A stretch of DNA of 61,762 bases, filler included, from Circinaria calcarea (lineage: Eukaryota), in NCBI GenBank assembly GCA_051942165.1. It is 5 parts of 5 records of this genome, joined end to end, with 100 filler letters (N's around TTAATTAATTAA, not from the genome) between each part and the next. Parts side by side here need not be neighbours in the genome. Positions count along the whole stretch, not along the records: positions 37,147 to 49,412 come from JAVECS010000589.1; positions 49,513 to 61,762 come from JAVECS010000590.1; 3 more parts are not named here. One strand, given 5' to 3'. The notes beneath the pieces are model-generated. The model was given only the letters and a program-made list of their open reading frames with translations, made no database searches and was not told the DNA's origin. Of this stretch, positions 47,264 to 59,599 are shown in pieces; position 1 is the first letter of the stretch, and each line of letters begins with the position of its first letter. Both the position numbers and the translations under genes were made by a program.

Positions 47264-48434
47264 ATGGTCGAAATGAAAGTTATGGCGGTTGAGCAGTATG
47301 GAGATGTCAAGAACTTAATAGCAAAGAAGGTCACCAAGCCAGAGAAACCTCAAGGCCATAATCTGCTGGTCAAGTAAGGTGGTCGGTCGTTGTGTGTTCT
47401 AGCACAATCTCGATGCTACATCTGACCACTAATACCCTCATTCCCTGAGAGTCAAAGCCTGCGCTGTCAACCCCGTTGATGTCAGAGTTCGCAGGGGAGT
47501 CTACGATGACTACGGAGACTATTGTGGTTGCGTCCCACGACCTTCTCAAATCATTGGCTTCGATGGCGCTGGCACAGTCGAAGAGTTCGGGCTTGACTTA
47601 GGAAGCTCGTTCAAGACTGGAGACGACGTCTTTTACTCTGGCAGTTCCATGCGCTACAGTATCAGCTTGTCCATGCAAGACGCATTGCCAAAAGCCCAAG
47701 AAATTAAGTCCACCATGCCATTAACATATCTCACAGTATATGAGGCATTGGTGGAGAGGATGGAGATGAAGAAAGGTGAGGAGGCGGCGCTGTTGATTAT
47801 CAATGGATCAGGAGGTTCGTGCAGTCCCGTCTGTTGGAATTCGGGTGTAAACAAGTCTTGATGTGCGATTTTGATGGTGTTTCTTTTTCAGGTATGGGAA
47901 GTGTAGCTTCTCAGATTGCTAGAACCATTCTCAAGACTCCCTTATCGTCATAACCACCCGCATCTCGATACTAACAATCACCGCGGAGATTTACAGTCCC
48001 AGATCGATGCGCTTAACCTCAAGGTACCTTTACGTTATATAATCATGACTCACTCGACTGACATGTACATGGGCCCTTTGCGCTGCAGTATGCGTACGGG
48101 TTGGTAAGGCTTGCAGCATAGTCCAGGACCAAGCGAAGATGTACGGTACGGAGTGTGGGAGTTCATGGCCAAGTCGCTGACGTATGTATGGGAGTTGCTG
48201 GGTACGAATCCATATTATTGAGTGGATTTGGATAGCCATAAAAAGATACTGGCGGAGTTAGGGCAGCTAATCGGGAAGGGAAAATCCAAGTGCCATCGTA
48301 CGCAGAGATTGGAACTGGGACCTTTGTGGGACTGAGGAAATGGCACGAACAGATTTGAGGGTGGAAGCAATATGGGCAAATTAGCGTTAGGGGTCGGTGT
48401 TGATGGGTTGCAGGAAGAGAGGGCTTTTACGTAA
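47264..48434 (+). pseudogene. Zinc-type alcohol dehydrogenase-like / quinone oxidoreductase (MDR family) pseudogene
   Basis: VKACAVNPVDVRVR, IGFDGAGTVEE, FKTGDDVFYSGS, MPLTYLTVYEALVER, LLIINGSGGMGSVASQIAR, GKLALGV. Small deletions, frameshifts and stops after about 47650 and 47935. Confidence 0.85.
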
Positions 48435-49412
48435 CTGATGCGCTCTGCCTGGTTAGAATACCAAGCCACCCGTTACGCCAAGCGAAGATGGAACCCAGCG
48501 CAAGAGGTTACCGTTCCACACGCTCCAGGAACAGACTTCCTATCTCAGTGCGGCCAGTTGTGTTTATCTTTCCTGCAACGGCCAGACAGGTTGCGTGGCC
48601 TGTGATCGGGTGTTTTCGGGAAGGCAGTATGATGTCTGACAAGGAAGTTGCACGTTTCGTAATGTGAAGCTGTTATGAAACCGGAATGGTAATTCTGGTT
48701 TCGCCCATAATGAATAGCTGAGGTGGCCGTGACTGTTAACCATATGTTGTATAGGTGCTGTTTAATCTCGACATGTACACAGTAGTAAAGGGCAGCGACA
48801 GCTATGGGAGTAGCACGGCCGTAGCCTCCCCGAGATCGGCCACTTGCCCTCGCTTACCATTGTTCCGGAGTCTGACAGTAGCCTTATCGAGACAAGCCCG
48901 ACCTTAGGGATGACGAACTGCCAAGCCCGACCGAAGCCAAGGCTCAAGGCCAAATTTGGATTGTGTCCAATATCTCCGCAAAGCGTCAAACTCTCCCAGG
49001 AAGACCGCATATATAAAAACACCCAGCCTGTGTCACCTTGCATACAGCACTGAAACTAACACACCAGACTTATAGCATCGCCGCCCTGGTAGAGGCGCCC
49101 TCGAACATATCTACTGGCGACCCGTCACCGTTACCTAAGCCTTTACCTAAGAAGTAATCGAACAAAGGCACGGTCCGTCCCTTTGCGCAGATCCAAAAGT
49201 GGGGGAGCTCGCTTTAATTGTCGCTCTTCAAAGAAGCCGAGTCCAACAGTTCATCAATTATTCCGTATCGCCTCTGCAATCTCTTTCTTGCTCGACCCAC
49301 TTCCTCCCTCTGAGACTCGGGAATACCCAAACCCTGCCAAGGGTGGCGCGGTGAACCAATTCCATCAAACAGCCCCCTCAACGAAACCCATCTGATAAGA
49401 CTATCTATAGAT

Positions 49413-49512
49413 NNNNNNNNNNNNNNNNNNNNNNNNNNNNNNNNNNNNNNNNNNNNTTAATTAATTAANNNNNNNNNNNNNNNNNNNNNNNNNNNNNNNN
49501 NNNNNNNNNNNN
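49413..49512. other. Artificial contig-joining spacer
   Basis: 44 N + TTAATTAATTAA + 44 N. Confidence 0.99.
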
Positions 49513-50805
49513 AACAAATCCTCCGATTCTGGCCTCCATGTCCTTCTCCATCCGCTTGTCCTTCTCACAATTTCCGACTACATCACGCGTCACACTCTTC
49601 GAAATAGCAGCGGTCCCATTGTTGGAGCTCTCATTGGACAGCAGAATGGGCGCGAAATCAGCCTGGAACATGCTTTTGAGGCCGAAGTGATAGAGGGCAA
49701 CAACGGAGACATAATCCTTCACGAAGCTTGGTTCGATGCTCGACTACAGCAGTACAAGGACGTCCACAAATCACCTGCCTTGGAGCTTGTAGGATGGTTT
49801 ACCACATCTCCGGCGTCAGGACCGCAGCTCCAGCACATTCCCATCCACCAGCAGATCATGCAAAAATACAACGAGTCCGCTGTCCTCCTCGCCTTTCATC
49901 CAGCAAGCGTACTTGAAGGGGCGACGGTTGGTGGAAAACTGCCGCTCACGATATACGAGAGTGTGTACGAAAGTGAGAAGAGTGGTGAGGATGGGGACCG
50001 TGCAATGCGACTAGACGAACATGAGATACCGTTGGACTTCATATTCAAGGAACTGCCGTACTCGATAGAAACCGGAGAAGCGGAGATGATTAGTGTGGAC
50101 TTTGTTGCGAGGGGTGGTGGAAATGCTACGGCTGTGCATGGAGCAGTTAAGCAAGAAGGGAAGGGTCAGGCTTCACAGGCACCTATCGCTGGTGGTTCGT
50201 CAAAGGAGCAGGGAACAACCAACGAGGTCAATGGTGTGGATGATTCGTCAATGCTATCCGCAGAAGATGAAGAACGTAAGCCTCCACCTCTATTGCAATA
50301 CTCATCGGTGGCTAACGGAAAGAAAGTCATTGCTGCTCTTACCGCTCGTGCCAACGCTGTCAAGATGCTACACTCGCGCGTCAAAATTCTAAAGTCGTAC
50401 CTTTCAAACTTACCGCCATGCTATCTCACCACTGCTACCCAACCGGACCCAGAGTCTACATCCTTACCGGAAGCTACCAGTATTAGACATACAGCAATCA
50501 ACCATCCGACTCTACGCTCAATACAAGCCCTTGTTAACCGTTTACCTCTCCTCATCCCGTCTGACCAAGCAGCATTCGAGCAAGAATCGCTGGCTGAAAA
50601 AAGCAATGTCTCACTTGTAGAGATGCTAGGAACAATAGGCAAAAGTGTCAAAGATGCCAAAGAGCTTGGAGCCAAGTTCTCCATTGTGGAGGCGGCGCGA
50701 CAGGCTTCGAAAAAGGGAGGAGGTATAGGTGGGACAATAGACCCCAGTTTTCTGAGCGGGGAGAATGGCTTGGGTATGGGAGGAGATGGCATTGCGATGG
50801 ACTGA
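49513..50805 (+). CDS. CSN6: COP9 signalosome subunit 6 (MPN- domain), 5' end truncated; intron 50276-50326
   Basis: Frame open from the contig start: SDSGLHVLLHPLVLLTISDYITRH...IVGALIGQQNGREISLEHAFE...LELVGWF...ETGEAEMISVDFVARG, NAVKMLHSRV. Confidence 0.9.
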   Translation, partial: NKSSDSGLHVLLHPLVLLTISDYITRHTLRNSSGPIVGALIGQQNGREISLEHAFEAEVIEGNNGDIILHEAWFDARLQQYKDVHKSPALELVGWFTTSPASGPQLQHIPIHQQIMQKYNESAVLLAFHPASVLEGATVGGKLPLTIYESVYESEKSGEDGDRAMRLDEHEIPLDFIFKELPYSIETGEAEMISVDFVARGGGNATAVHGAVKQEGKGQASQAPIAGGSSKEQGTTNEVNGVDDSSMLSAEDEERKPPPLLQYSSVANGKKVIAALTARANAVKMLHSRVKILKSYLSNLPPCYLTTATQPDPESTSLPEATSIRHTAINHPTLRSIQALVNRLPLLIPSDQAAFEQESLAEKSNVSLVEMLGTIGKSVKDAKELGAKFSIVEAARQASKKGGGIGGTIDPSFLSGENGLGMGGDGIAMD

Positions 50806-51785
50806 AAGGAGAAAAACGATTACGGGGTTATGCATTGATCGGCTAGTTGGGACTTTATGCATTTAGCGATGGCGCTCGGGATACACCGATTTACTCGTGG
50901 TGCTTGGGCGATCATGGAGATCTCGGTAGGATCCAACGTTGCTGGACCCACGAACTAATCCATCTTCGGGGCTAGATTAAGAAATGGCAAGCAAATCTCA
51001 CTTTTGCATCAATCCCCAATTTGCTGTCCTGGAAGAATTCCATCCCTCGGGTATTTATCAATAGACTAGTTTTTAGTCTTCATACCCCTTCCAAGAAGCT
51101 CGCTCAGCACTACTCGAGTAATGCTACCGGAGAGGGACAACGAGATCCCGTGGAGCTGATATTGCAGGTTTGAGACGGAGTGTTGATTTCTAGAAAAGAC
51201 CGCGCCCTCGATTCAAAGGCTTCGGCAAAAGTACTTTCTTTTCAGTTCTAACCGCCATCCCATCCCTTCTAGTACAGTTCCTAGCAACGGAACTCCCAAC
51301 AATGGGGCCGTTCGTGCTTTGAACGAACATTCAACTGGCAACTTCCCCTGATACCGAGCTCGCTGTTCTGGCAAACGGATACTGATTGATATCCGAGAAT
51401 AATGGGTTGAAATTGAACTGACTACCCGTGCTAATCAATCAGTTTGATGGTTCTAGGTGGGGTTATTGACTGTAGGGAAGTCGATAAGCACACGAACTCG
51501 CAATCAACGCGTTTAATACAAACTCCAAACATGACATACTTTCGCATGTCGCTTCGATGGGCCGCTTATATATGGCGACTTACTCGGTTTGAAAATTAGA
51601 TTTTGATTTCTTCTGGGAAGCGATGTTGCATGCGCTGCTTAGTTCTACAATGACTCGGAAACCCTCCCGGCGTACGGTCTCATCTTACTCTCTCACATAC
51701 TAGACTCCTTTTTGTTTGTTTTTTCATGAATCTTCGTACCTTTGAAAAAAGATCGGTGCTCTCTGTTCCTGGGGCGATCCGCATC

Positions 51786-52683
51786 ATGTTCTTCAGATAT
51801 AAGATTCACTGCCTATTGTTAACAATCTCATTGGTAGTAAGCACCGTACAACAACGGACTACTAGTAAGTCGAACGAGCCTTGTTCGGTATGATCCAAGC
51901 TCTACGATACTAAGTCGAGGGCAGCGGACATTTACTTCCACAGAAACTACAAGATCCAATCATGCGGCCCACAGACCAAGATGGTCATGGAATTCGTCGA
52001 GGAATTCCATAACGACCTCGAGTCAATCATCGCGTCCATGGACAGTAACAGCCCCGTCTACCGAGCCTTCCTCCGTGACGTTAGACCCAGGTTAGTAAAG
52101 GACTTGTTCCGCAAGGTCAGCGCCGGCTCCAAGGCCCTCGAAGGCGGCTCGCTTCAACGTCCAACCATCAAATGCGTCACAAACGAGCGCAGTTTTGATT
52201 GGGATTGGTGCCGGCGAACACAGTTAGGAGGTGGCTGGGCCCATCACACTGCGTCAATAATCCTCTGTCCCAGGTGGATAACCAATGTTAGAAATTCGCG
52301 TCCGCAACGGACGCAATGTGGTAAAGTTTATCGAGCAGGTCCTGACTTAGTGTCCCCTATGGCCGGTACACAATATGGCAGTTTCCTACATGAACTTATA
52401 CACATTTATCTCGGCATGGAGCACTTGATGCCGGAGGTATATGATTTCAAGAAATCCATAGCTCTCTCGGGGAGCGAAGCGTTTCGAAACCCTGTCAATC
52501 TGGTCCAATATGTTGTTTGTAGGTACTCCATGTACATCCCTTCTCCGACAAATAACCCAATCTGACGGTGCCCCTCATCCAGATACAAAAGTGGGATGCA
52601 AGATTGTTCCGGTGCAGGCTGCTCAGGAACCAGACCGTGAGCTTCTCGAAGTTGGGTCCTATCAGCAAAATAGTCAGGGGTGA
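51786..52683 (+). CDS. Secreted zincin-like protein (HExxH; M35/deuterolysin-like fold); exons 51786-51864, 51925-52518, 52583-52683
   Basis: Hydrophobic leader. IILCPRW, TQYGSFLHELIHIYL, EVYD, RNPVNLVQYV. Two phase-1 GT-AG introns restore a single ORF. Confidence 0.7.
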
Positions 52684-54972
52684 TAATATTGCTAATCAAA
52701 GTCCCTACCGCGCATCTGGCGTTCGAGTGGCTTTGAAGCTACTTTCTTACGCTCTAAGGTAATTAGCTTCGTTTCTTGTCGTAACTAGATAATAGTTTGA
52801 CCTCTCAAAAGAAGGATTGAATCGAAAACTCGGTAGAACTGACAAGACATGTGGAATTTTCGATACAAAGATTCAAAGAATAGTTGGCACAATTAGTCAA
52901 ACTTCTGCTACTGAACCTTGACAAGATTTGCTTCTGCCTGCATCCCAAAGTCGACGAAGGGGGAGGATTAAAGCAACTTAAAGGGACGGTTGGGCCTTAT
53001 TTCATTGTCCGGTAAAGCTTCCTGCATATCAGTATCAGCCTAAACCAGTGGATAACCTCCTCCCGCCCACAATGCCCCGGTAAGTGTAGAAACTCAATCG
53101 CAGTAGGCCAGATTGTCCTCAGAGAATTGCTGTAGGTAATCATAACGATTGATGAAAATCCGTCAGATCAAAGACGTAAAGTAGGATATACTGAGGACAG
53201 CCAAGAGGTCCTATGGAATGGTTGAGGCACAAAGGTATCAATGGAGAGTAACGGATGCAGGATAACGAGATGAGACATCTGGATCGTTGGTCACCATGCT
53301 TAGTAATTTCCTCCAAGGGCTATTAATATACATCTGTATGTTGAATGCTCGATAGAAGCAGGCAACGAATGTATTATAGGAAACAAAATCTATGTTGCTC
53401 GCCTATCACATCAAGACCATCCCAAAAGTCTTTATACGCCCCGGGACTTCTCAACCAGATCTGTGAGAGTTAGCGATCCCAAAAGTGGGAGTATCTGTCA
53501 GCAGATGTGTCATGAGGGGATACGCCATAAGGCGTATCTGGGCCGGGGCTGGCGCATGTCAGGTCGTCTTCAAGATCCTCGCTTGGCTAAAGTCTTTCTT
53601 AGCAATTTCACAGCAGCACGACAGCATTGGTGTGGATGTTGTACCTTTGACGACACTTGAAGTTTGTGGCCAAGGAGCAAGTGCCGGGAAGCTGAACGAC
53701 GGTACTCCTCAGACTTAAAAGGATGAATACAGTCACGCGCCGGTGTAACTTCGCTCATATGGGGGATATTTTCTAAGATCTCTGTAGAATAGCCTGCCCA
53801 ATGATCTTCCGAGTAAACCGTACGTTTTCTTTTGTGTTCGGCCTGAAAGGAAAAAGGACTTTGGACGGGAGGACTCTCCGAGTTACCAACTTTCAGGGTC
53901 CTCACCCTGCTTGACGAATCAATTGTTCTTGATTGTATTCGACTCTCCCGAGGATGGTCCCGGTGATTACTGTGGCCATTGAGGGATTTGGGAGGACTCT
54001 CGTGCTTTGTCGACGTCGAGCCTTTGTAGACATCTAGGGACGCCGTTGAAGGGGAAGGGATCAGGGGATCTATATTTCCTTAAAAGGGGTATTTCCCCGG
54101 GTCTTTAGAACATGTACCTGAACAGCCGCCAGCAGACTTCCAGAGTATATCCGCGGCTGCTTCGGCGGACAGTGTGGCAGACCCAGGAACCAATGCGGGT
54201 CGACGACCTCTATCAACGTGATTGCTCGCCATGTATCAGAAAGGCTAGACTGAGAGCGGTTGACACGTGGGTTTCGTTACCCACCAAAATCGAGAGAAAC
54301 AACTGAGAAGCTCAAAACAATCCGCTGAGATGTTTTTGCGGGTGATTAAAACTCTCCTCATGCATGGGTAATGCCGATCAATATATAAGACAAGTTGACG
54401 AGCAGCAAACACGCAAGCATGATTCTGACATGAATGGCGATGATGTTGGGTAAAGCCCACGGCAGCCAGCGTCCGAAGCTTAGGAATAACCTTTGTTCAC
54501 ATGAGCTATAATCCCAGGGTGGCACAAGTACGCTGCCAACAAAGTAGGGTTGTCGTCAAATTCAATCTCTAATGAATGCACATGAGAATCCGAGAAGGAC
54601 GTGGCCATGCTGGGTTACAAGATAAATGCACACAGCCAGAGTTTAGGGGACAATCCAGGCATCGAGCTCTGGCAGGATGCAAAGGCAGCAAAAAAATCCA
54701 ACCTATCGGGACAGAGACCTGCCTACAAACTGAAAACAAAGCCCCACTCTGGGGGAGTGGGCAGCAAGCATGGTCGGAGCGAGAGCATAGCAATCCGCCC
54801 CTTGTAGGGACTATGAATCATGCAAAGTGCGCAGAAATGATCAAGGAGAGACTCCAGTAGGATTCAGGTATACCTCAGGTTCAGACAGTAAAAGGTCTGG
54901 TTAGGCATGAAAGATATTGTTTGTCTGTGAGAAAATGATGATCCCGGAGATTGGGGTTAAACTCTCCCGAGG

Positions 54973-55046
54973 GTCACGTGCTTTAACGTCATGGTTAGAC
55001 TTTTAAAAATTACATGGGCAATTTCCTCAGTAAAGTGGCTGACTCA
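54973..55046 (+). promoter_or_regulatory. MET2 promoter elements: GTCACGTG (Cbf1/CDEI-type) and TGACTCA (Gcn4/CpcA)
   Basis: GTCACGTG at 54973-54980 and TGACTCA at 55040-55046, directly upstream of a methionine biosynthesis gene. Confidence 0.6.
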
Positions 55047-55168
55047 CGTTCAGTCTTTCCATACTACAATATGCTCATTCGCCTTTTTAGCACATTGATA
55101 CTCAGCAAGGAAGGTTTGAGTACACCAGTGCCATGGCAAGGAATAGCATGGATAAGACCTACAGGTCT

Positions 55169-56783
55169 ATGAGCTCCCAGAAACTCCGTCGGTATTCTCC
55201 CTACCTCCAAATATAGACAATGTTCTAAATCCCGCAGAGAGAATCTCCAAGCAGGCCGAGAATCCGTTCGCATCTCTCATACCAGACCAGCAGATCGCTG
55301 TCGTACCGTCCTTCACCCTTGAATCGGGCGTCGTTCTCTACAATGTTCCGATTGCCTACAGTACACGTGGAAAGCTCTCAGCAAATGGAGATAATGCCAT
55401 GGTGATATGTCACGCCTTAACAGGTAGCGCGGATGTCAGTGACTGGTGGGGACCTCTAATGGGTGGCAGGGGAAGAGCCTTTGACGTTACTAGATTCTAT
55501 GTCATTTGCCTGAACAGTCTGGGGAGCCCGTACGGGAGCGCAAGCCCTGTTACGAATAAAGACGGCGACCCGAAACGAGAACGATATGGCCCCGAGTTTC
55601 CATTAACTACGATACGTGATGACGTCAAGTAAGGAATGCCAGTTTGTTGTGGGAGATGCTGCTGACACTTTACAGTATACACAAACTGGTCCTTGATGAC
55701 CTAGGGGTACGGCAGATCGCTGCAGTGGTTGGAGGCTCTATGGGTGGTATGCTGGTTCTCGAGTATGCCTACTTTGGTAAAGACTATGTTCGCACTATCG
55801 TGCCCATAGCTACTTCCAGCCGGCACAGCGCGTGGGGTATAAGCTGGGGCGAAGCCCAGAGACAAAGCATCTACTGTGACCCAAAATATGACGATGGGTA
55901 CTACTCTTTTGATGACCCACCGGCTTCGGGTTTAGGGGCAGCACGGATGTCAGCGCTTCTTACGTATCGAAGCCGCGATTCCTTCGAATCAAGGTTTGGA
56001 AGGAACACTCCTGACCCTTCAAGGAAGCAAAATATCAACGGTAGCACTCGACCGGCCACGCCATCGAACGAGCATTGGGTAGTGCATAATGACGGTCACA
56101 GGACAGCACGCACCAGCCAGCCAGCCGGTAGTAATGGTATTACAAAGTCACCAGCAGAGACTTCAGGAGCGGCGATTCCTGTCCCCACTGCCATTGATCC
56201 TTCATCAAACTACATTGATCCCCAGTTCCACGGAGCCACAACCTTTGAGCAGCCTGCACCGTCGAGACCACCGTCAAAACGAAAGCATACAGCGACCTAC
56301 TTCTCCGCTCAGTCATATCTTCGTTATCAAGGAGAAAAGTTTGTTAAACGCTTTGACAGCAACTGCTACATTGCAATCACGCGAAAACTCGATACACATG
56401 ATGTATCGAGGAATCGAGTACCTTCAGGGACCCCCAATGCGGTCGCTATAGCGTTATCGCAAATCTCCCAACCGACCCTGGTGCTTGGTATAGAGAGCGA
56501 TGGCCTTTTCACATTCGCAGAGCAGCAGGAATTAGCCGCCGCAATTCCTAACTCAACTTTACAAACCATTGACAGTCCCGAAGGACATGATGCGTTCCTT
56601 TTGCAATTCGAGCAGGTCAATAGACACATTCTAGACTTTTTCCGCGAGGCTCTTCCGGATATCATGGATAAGCCAGGAATCGAAACCGATGGAGTGAGTG
56701 AGGGCAAGGCTGATGGCGTTGGTACTATGAACAAAACAAGTACATTCGGCGAGGCAGAGGTGGAGGACATTACAGCTTGGTAG
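55169..56783 (+). CDS. MET2: Homoserine O-acetyltransferase; exons 55169-55187, 55238-55628, 55676-56783 (upstream in-frame ATGs at 55133 and 55148)
   Basis: FTLESG, VICHALTGSADVSDWWG, LNSLGSPYGS, GGSMGG nucleophile, QSYLRYQGEKFVKRFDSNCY, SPEGHDAFLL. Confidence 0.95.
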
Positions 56784-57137
56784 CACGAGCAACATATAGC
56801 GATAGACAGAGATTCAATCGGTCCATTGCAATACATACAGAACAGTGACTATAGCTTCCAACTGTCAGCCCCTATTGCACAATTGCCTGATTCAGGCAAG
56901 CTGACACATCGTTGATGCCCTTCACTGTCATTCATAAGGTAGTCATATCGAAGCCACGCTACTCCCTAGAGGGCGTAGCGTGAGAATTCAGCGGCTCGCA
57001 TGAGCTCCCCTTTGTAGACACTCATTTTGCGCATCGAAGTCACCTTGATTTCCCAGACCGTGTTCAATCAACACATCACTACTTGGTCGCATCATCGCAT
57101 GTTCTAAATTAGCTCAAGTGGCTACCTGGATTCTATC

Positions 57138-59165
57138 ATGACAGACTACAACAAGCTCACCGTCGTAAAGCTCAAGGCAGAATTGAAGCAGCGTGGATTA
57201 CCCAACTCCGGACTCAAGCCAGCTCTTATAGCTCGACTAACAGAGGCTGATGCGCAGTCAGAAGGTGAAGTTCCAGCCAGTACAGATGACCCAGAAGTCG
57301 AAGCTGGGAGTGTCAATGCGACGACGGCCATAGATGCGGCAAGTGAAGTGAATGGCACGGATGATCACGGCGGCCAGTTCGTCAACGGCGAAGACTCCGA
57401 TGTTGAAGGGAAGACCCAAACGAGTCCGGGTACACAGCCAGCTTCAAATTTACAAGGCCCGTTAAGAGAGTCCTTACACAATGACGATGACACCATAGAG
57501 ACTCCGCTTGAGGTTGGTAATCCGTCTGGCGCAAAACAAAATGATGCTGCGCCGGAAGCATCAGAGCTATCTGGAACATTCATAACGACTACGGATGAAG
57601 CACCAATCGCAGTGCCAGAAGCAGAAAACCAATCGGAGGTAGCAGTACTTAGTGCAGGAGTCGTACAAACTACTGGGCCGACATCCCAAGTTTCAGTGGA
57701 GCCAGAAGGGCCACCTGAAGATAACTCCCCCGACACGGAGATGGTCATCTTGCAAGAAGCTGGTACAGAACCAGAAACCCCTCTACGCTCTACACAAACT
57801 TCATACAGTAAAGAAATCGTGGAGGACACTCGCAAGCGAAAGAGAAGAAGTCAGACTCCTCCGCCGTCTTCGATTGACGGGGCATTCAAGAAGGCAAAAG
57901 CATTGGACGGAAGCCCCCGTGTAATACTACCAGAGGATGTGGACTCGAACACGGCAACCGAGGACTCTGCTATGGCAAGCACTGGCTCTGCTATACGGAA
58001 GGCGGAAGCAGGGACACATGGCGAAGCCACAAGAAGTGGACAATCACCGTCGCTTGAAATAGATGCCGGTGTGACATCAAGCAAAGAGAAATCTGTGCCG
58101 ACGACTGAGGATGACTTGGCCCATAACCAAAATAAGATTAGCCCACATCCAATCGATCATCCTCCCGTTAGACTTCCAACGGATATTATCCTATCACCAT
58201 CCAAAACTTCACCTACCGATACCCGGTTCAAGAATCTCTTCTCCGCGCCGGCCAAGCAACCCTCGCCGCCCCGACATGATAAGTACTTGGATACGGAAGA
58301 TCGTATCATTTCCCCTGCCATCCATCCAGCAACCTCGGCTCTCTATATTCGTAATTTCATGAGGCCATTGCAACCGGGGCAGTTGAAGGATCATCTCACA
58401 GCGTTGGCCAAGCCGGCCAATGCTTCTCCTACCGAAGAATCTATCAGCGACTTTTTCCTTGACGCCATTCGTACCCACTGCCTCGTACGCTTTTCTAACG
58501 TGTCGGCTGCTTCCCGGGTACGATCTGCCCTACACGACCGGGTTTGGCCAGATGAACGGACGAGAAAGCCGTTATGGGTTGATTTTGTGCCAGAAGAGAA
58601 GCTGAAGAAATGGATTGATGTTGAGCAATCTGCGGCAAGCAGCAGAGGCCAGCCTGCAAAGCGATGGGAGATAGTTTATGAGAAGGAGGCGGGAAGTATC
58701 GTCGCCTATCTTCAAGAAAGTGACGGAGGTAACGGGGTAGCGCGGGGGGTGGTGTCTACTTTAGCCACAGAGGATGCTGGGAGAGGGGTACAAGGAGCGC
58801 CTTCAGGGCCAAGAGGGTCGGACGCAAGGCCACAAGCTTGGTCAGGCCCGAATGTCGATGCTGGGAGGGGATTCAAGGCTCTGGATGATCTGTTCAAGGG
58901 TACGGTCGCCAAACCCAAGTTGTACTGGCTTTCCGCTCCCAAGTCGGTGGTTGATCGAAGGTTAGACCGACTTGCAGCGGGTCGCGGTGGAGGGCGAAGT
59001 GACGAGATGAGGAGGTATACGTTCGAGGAAGAAGTTCTAGTCGACAGGGGCCCCGAGTTTGGATATGGAAGAGGGGGGCATCGGGGGCGAGGAGGTGGAT
59101 ATTCTGGAGGGAATGCCGATCGGGGTGGAGGATATAGGGGTGACAGTTGGAGGGGTCGACGTTAG
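57138..59165 (+). CDS. Acinus-like SAP + RRM + RSB-motif RNA-processing protein, 675 aa
   Basis: SAP LTVVKLKAELKQRGLPNSGLKPALIARL, RRM SALYIRNFMRPL...IRTHCLVRF...LHDRVWP...LWVDF, RSB LDDLFKGTVAKPKLYW, RGG tail. Confidence 0.85.
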   Translation: MTDYNKLTVVKLKAELKQRGLPNSGLKPALIARLTEADAQSEGEVPASTDDPEVEAGSVNATTAIDAASEVNGTDDHGGQFVNGEDSDVEGKTQTSPGTQPASNLQGPLRESLHNDDDTIETPLEVGNPSGAKQNDAAPEASELSGTFITTTDEAPIAVPEAENQSEVAVLSAGVVQTTGPTSQVSVEPEGPPEDNSPDTEMVILQEAGTEPETPLRSTQTSYSKEIVEDTRKRKRRSQTPPPSSIDGAFKKAKALDGSPRVILPEDVDSNTATEDSAMASTGSAIRKAEAGTHGEATRSGQSPSLEIDAGVTSSKEKSVPTTEDDLAHNQNKISPHPIDHPPVRLPTDIILSPSKTSPTDTRFKNLFSAPAKQPSPPRHDKYLDTEDRIISPAIHPATSALYIRNFMRPLQPGQLKDHLTALAKPANASPTEESISDFFLDAIRTHCLVRFSNVSAASRVRSALHDRVWPDERTRKPLWVDFVPEEKLKKWIDVEQSAASSRGQPAKRWEIVYEKEAGSIVAYLQESDGGNGVARGVVSTLATEDAGRGVQGAPSGPRGSDARPQAWSGPNVDAGRGFKALDDLFKGTVAKPKLYWLSAPKSVVDRRLDRLAAGRGGGRSDEMRRYTFEEEVLVDRGPEFGYGRGGHRGRGGGYSGGNADRGGGYRGDSWRGRR

Positions 59166-59599
59166 AATGATGATGTAGACTGGAAGATGGCGGTATGGAA
59201 TTGTTTGAGGGCATGCCATTCTGTCTCACTCGAGTCACCACAGCCACAGCCACGTCCAGCCCAATCTATTGAGCTTGCCCTCTCCGACGGGAAAATAGCA
59301 GTGCTCCCCAAGTCCAGTCATGGTTTTTTGCGTAGATCTGTTGACCATATCAATCACCTTCCATGCCAACAGTTTCCATGATCCAATGAGTGACCTATCA
59401 ATCGAACTCTAAGTTAGGTAGGTCCGCCACAATCTGCGCCAGCGTCTTTAGTAAGTGGTCTATGCCTCAGCCTTACCAGCCTTACCCGTAGCCCCCTGGC
59501 AATCACCCCGGCCAATCGTCTAGAATCCCGGGGCGCCGCCTTTGAGAGTTCGGCCTCGGTTTTCAGTGGAAGAGGTTAGAGACTCTCTCCAGTGACGAG

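Noticed and set aside
53200..54860. Possible minus-strand membrane-protein relic upstream of MET2
   Set aside because: Some hydrophobic stretches, but many stops and no recognisable family; too weak to call.
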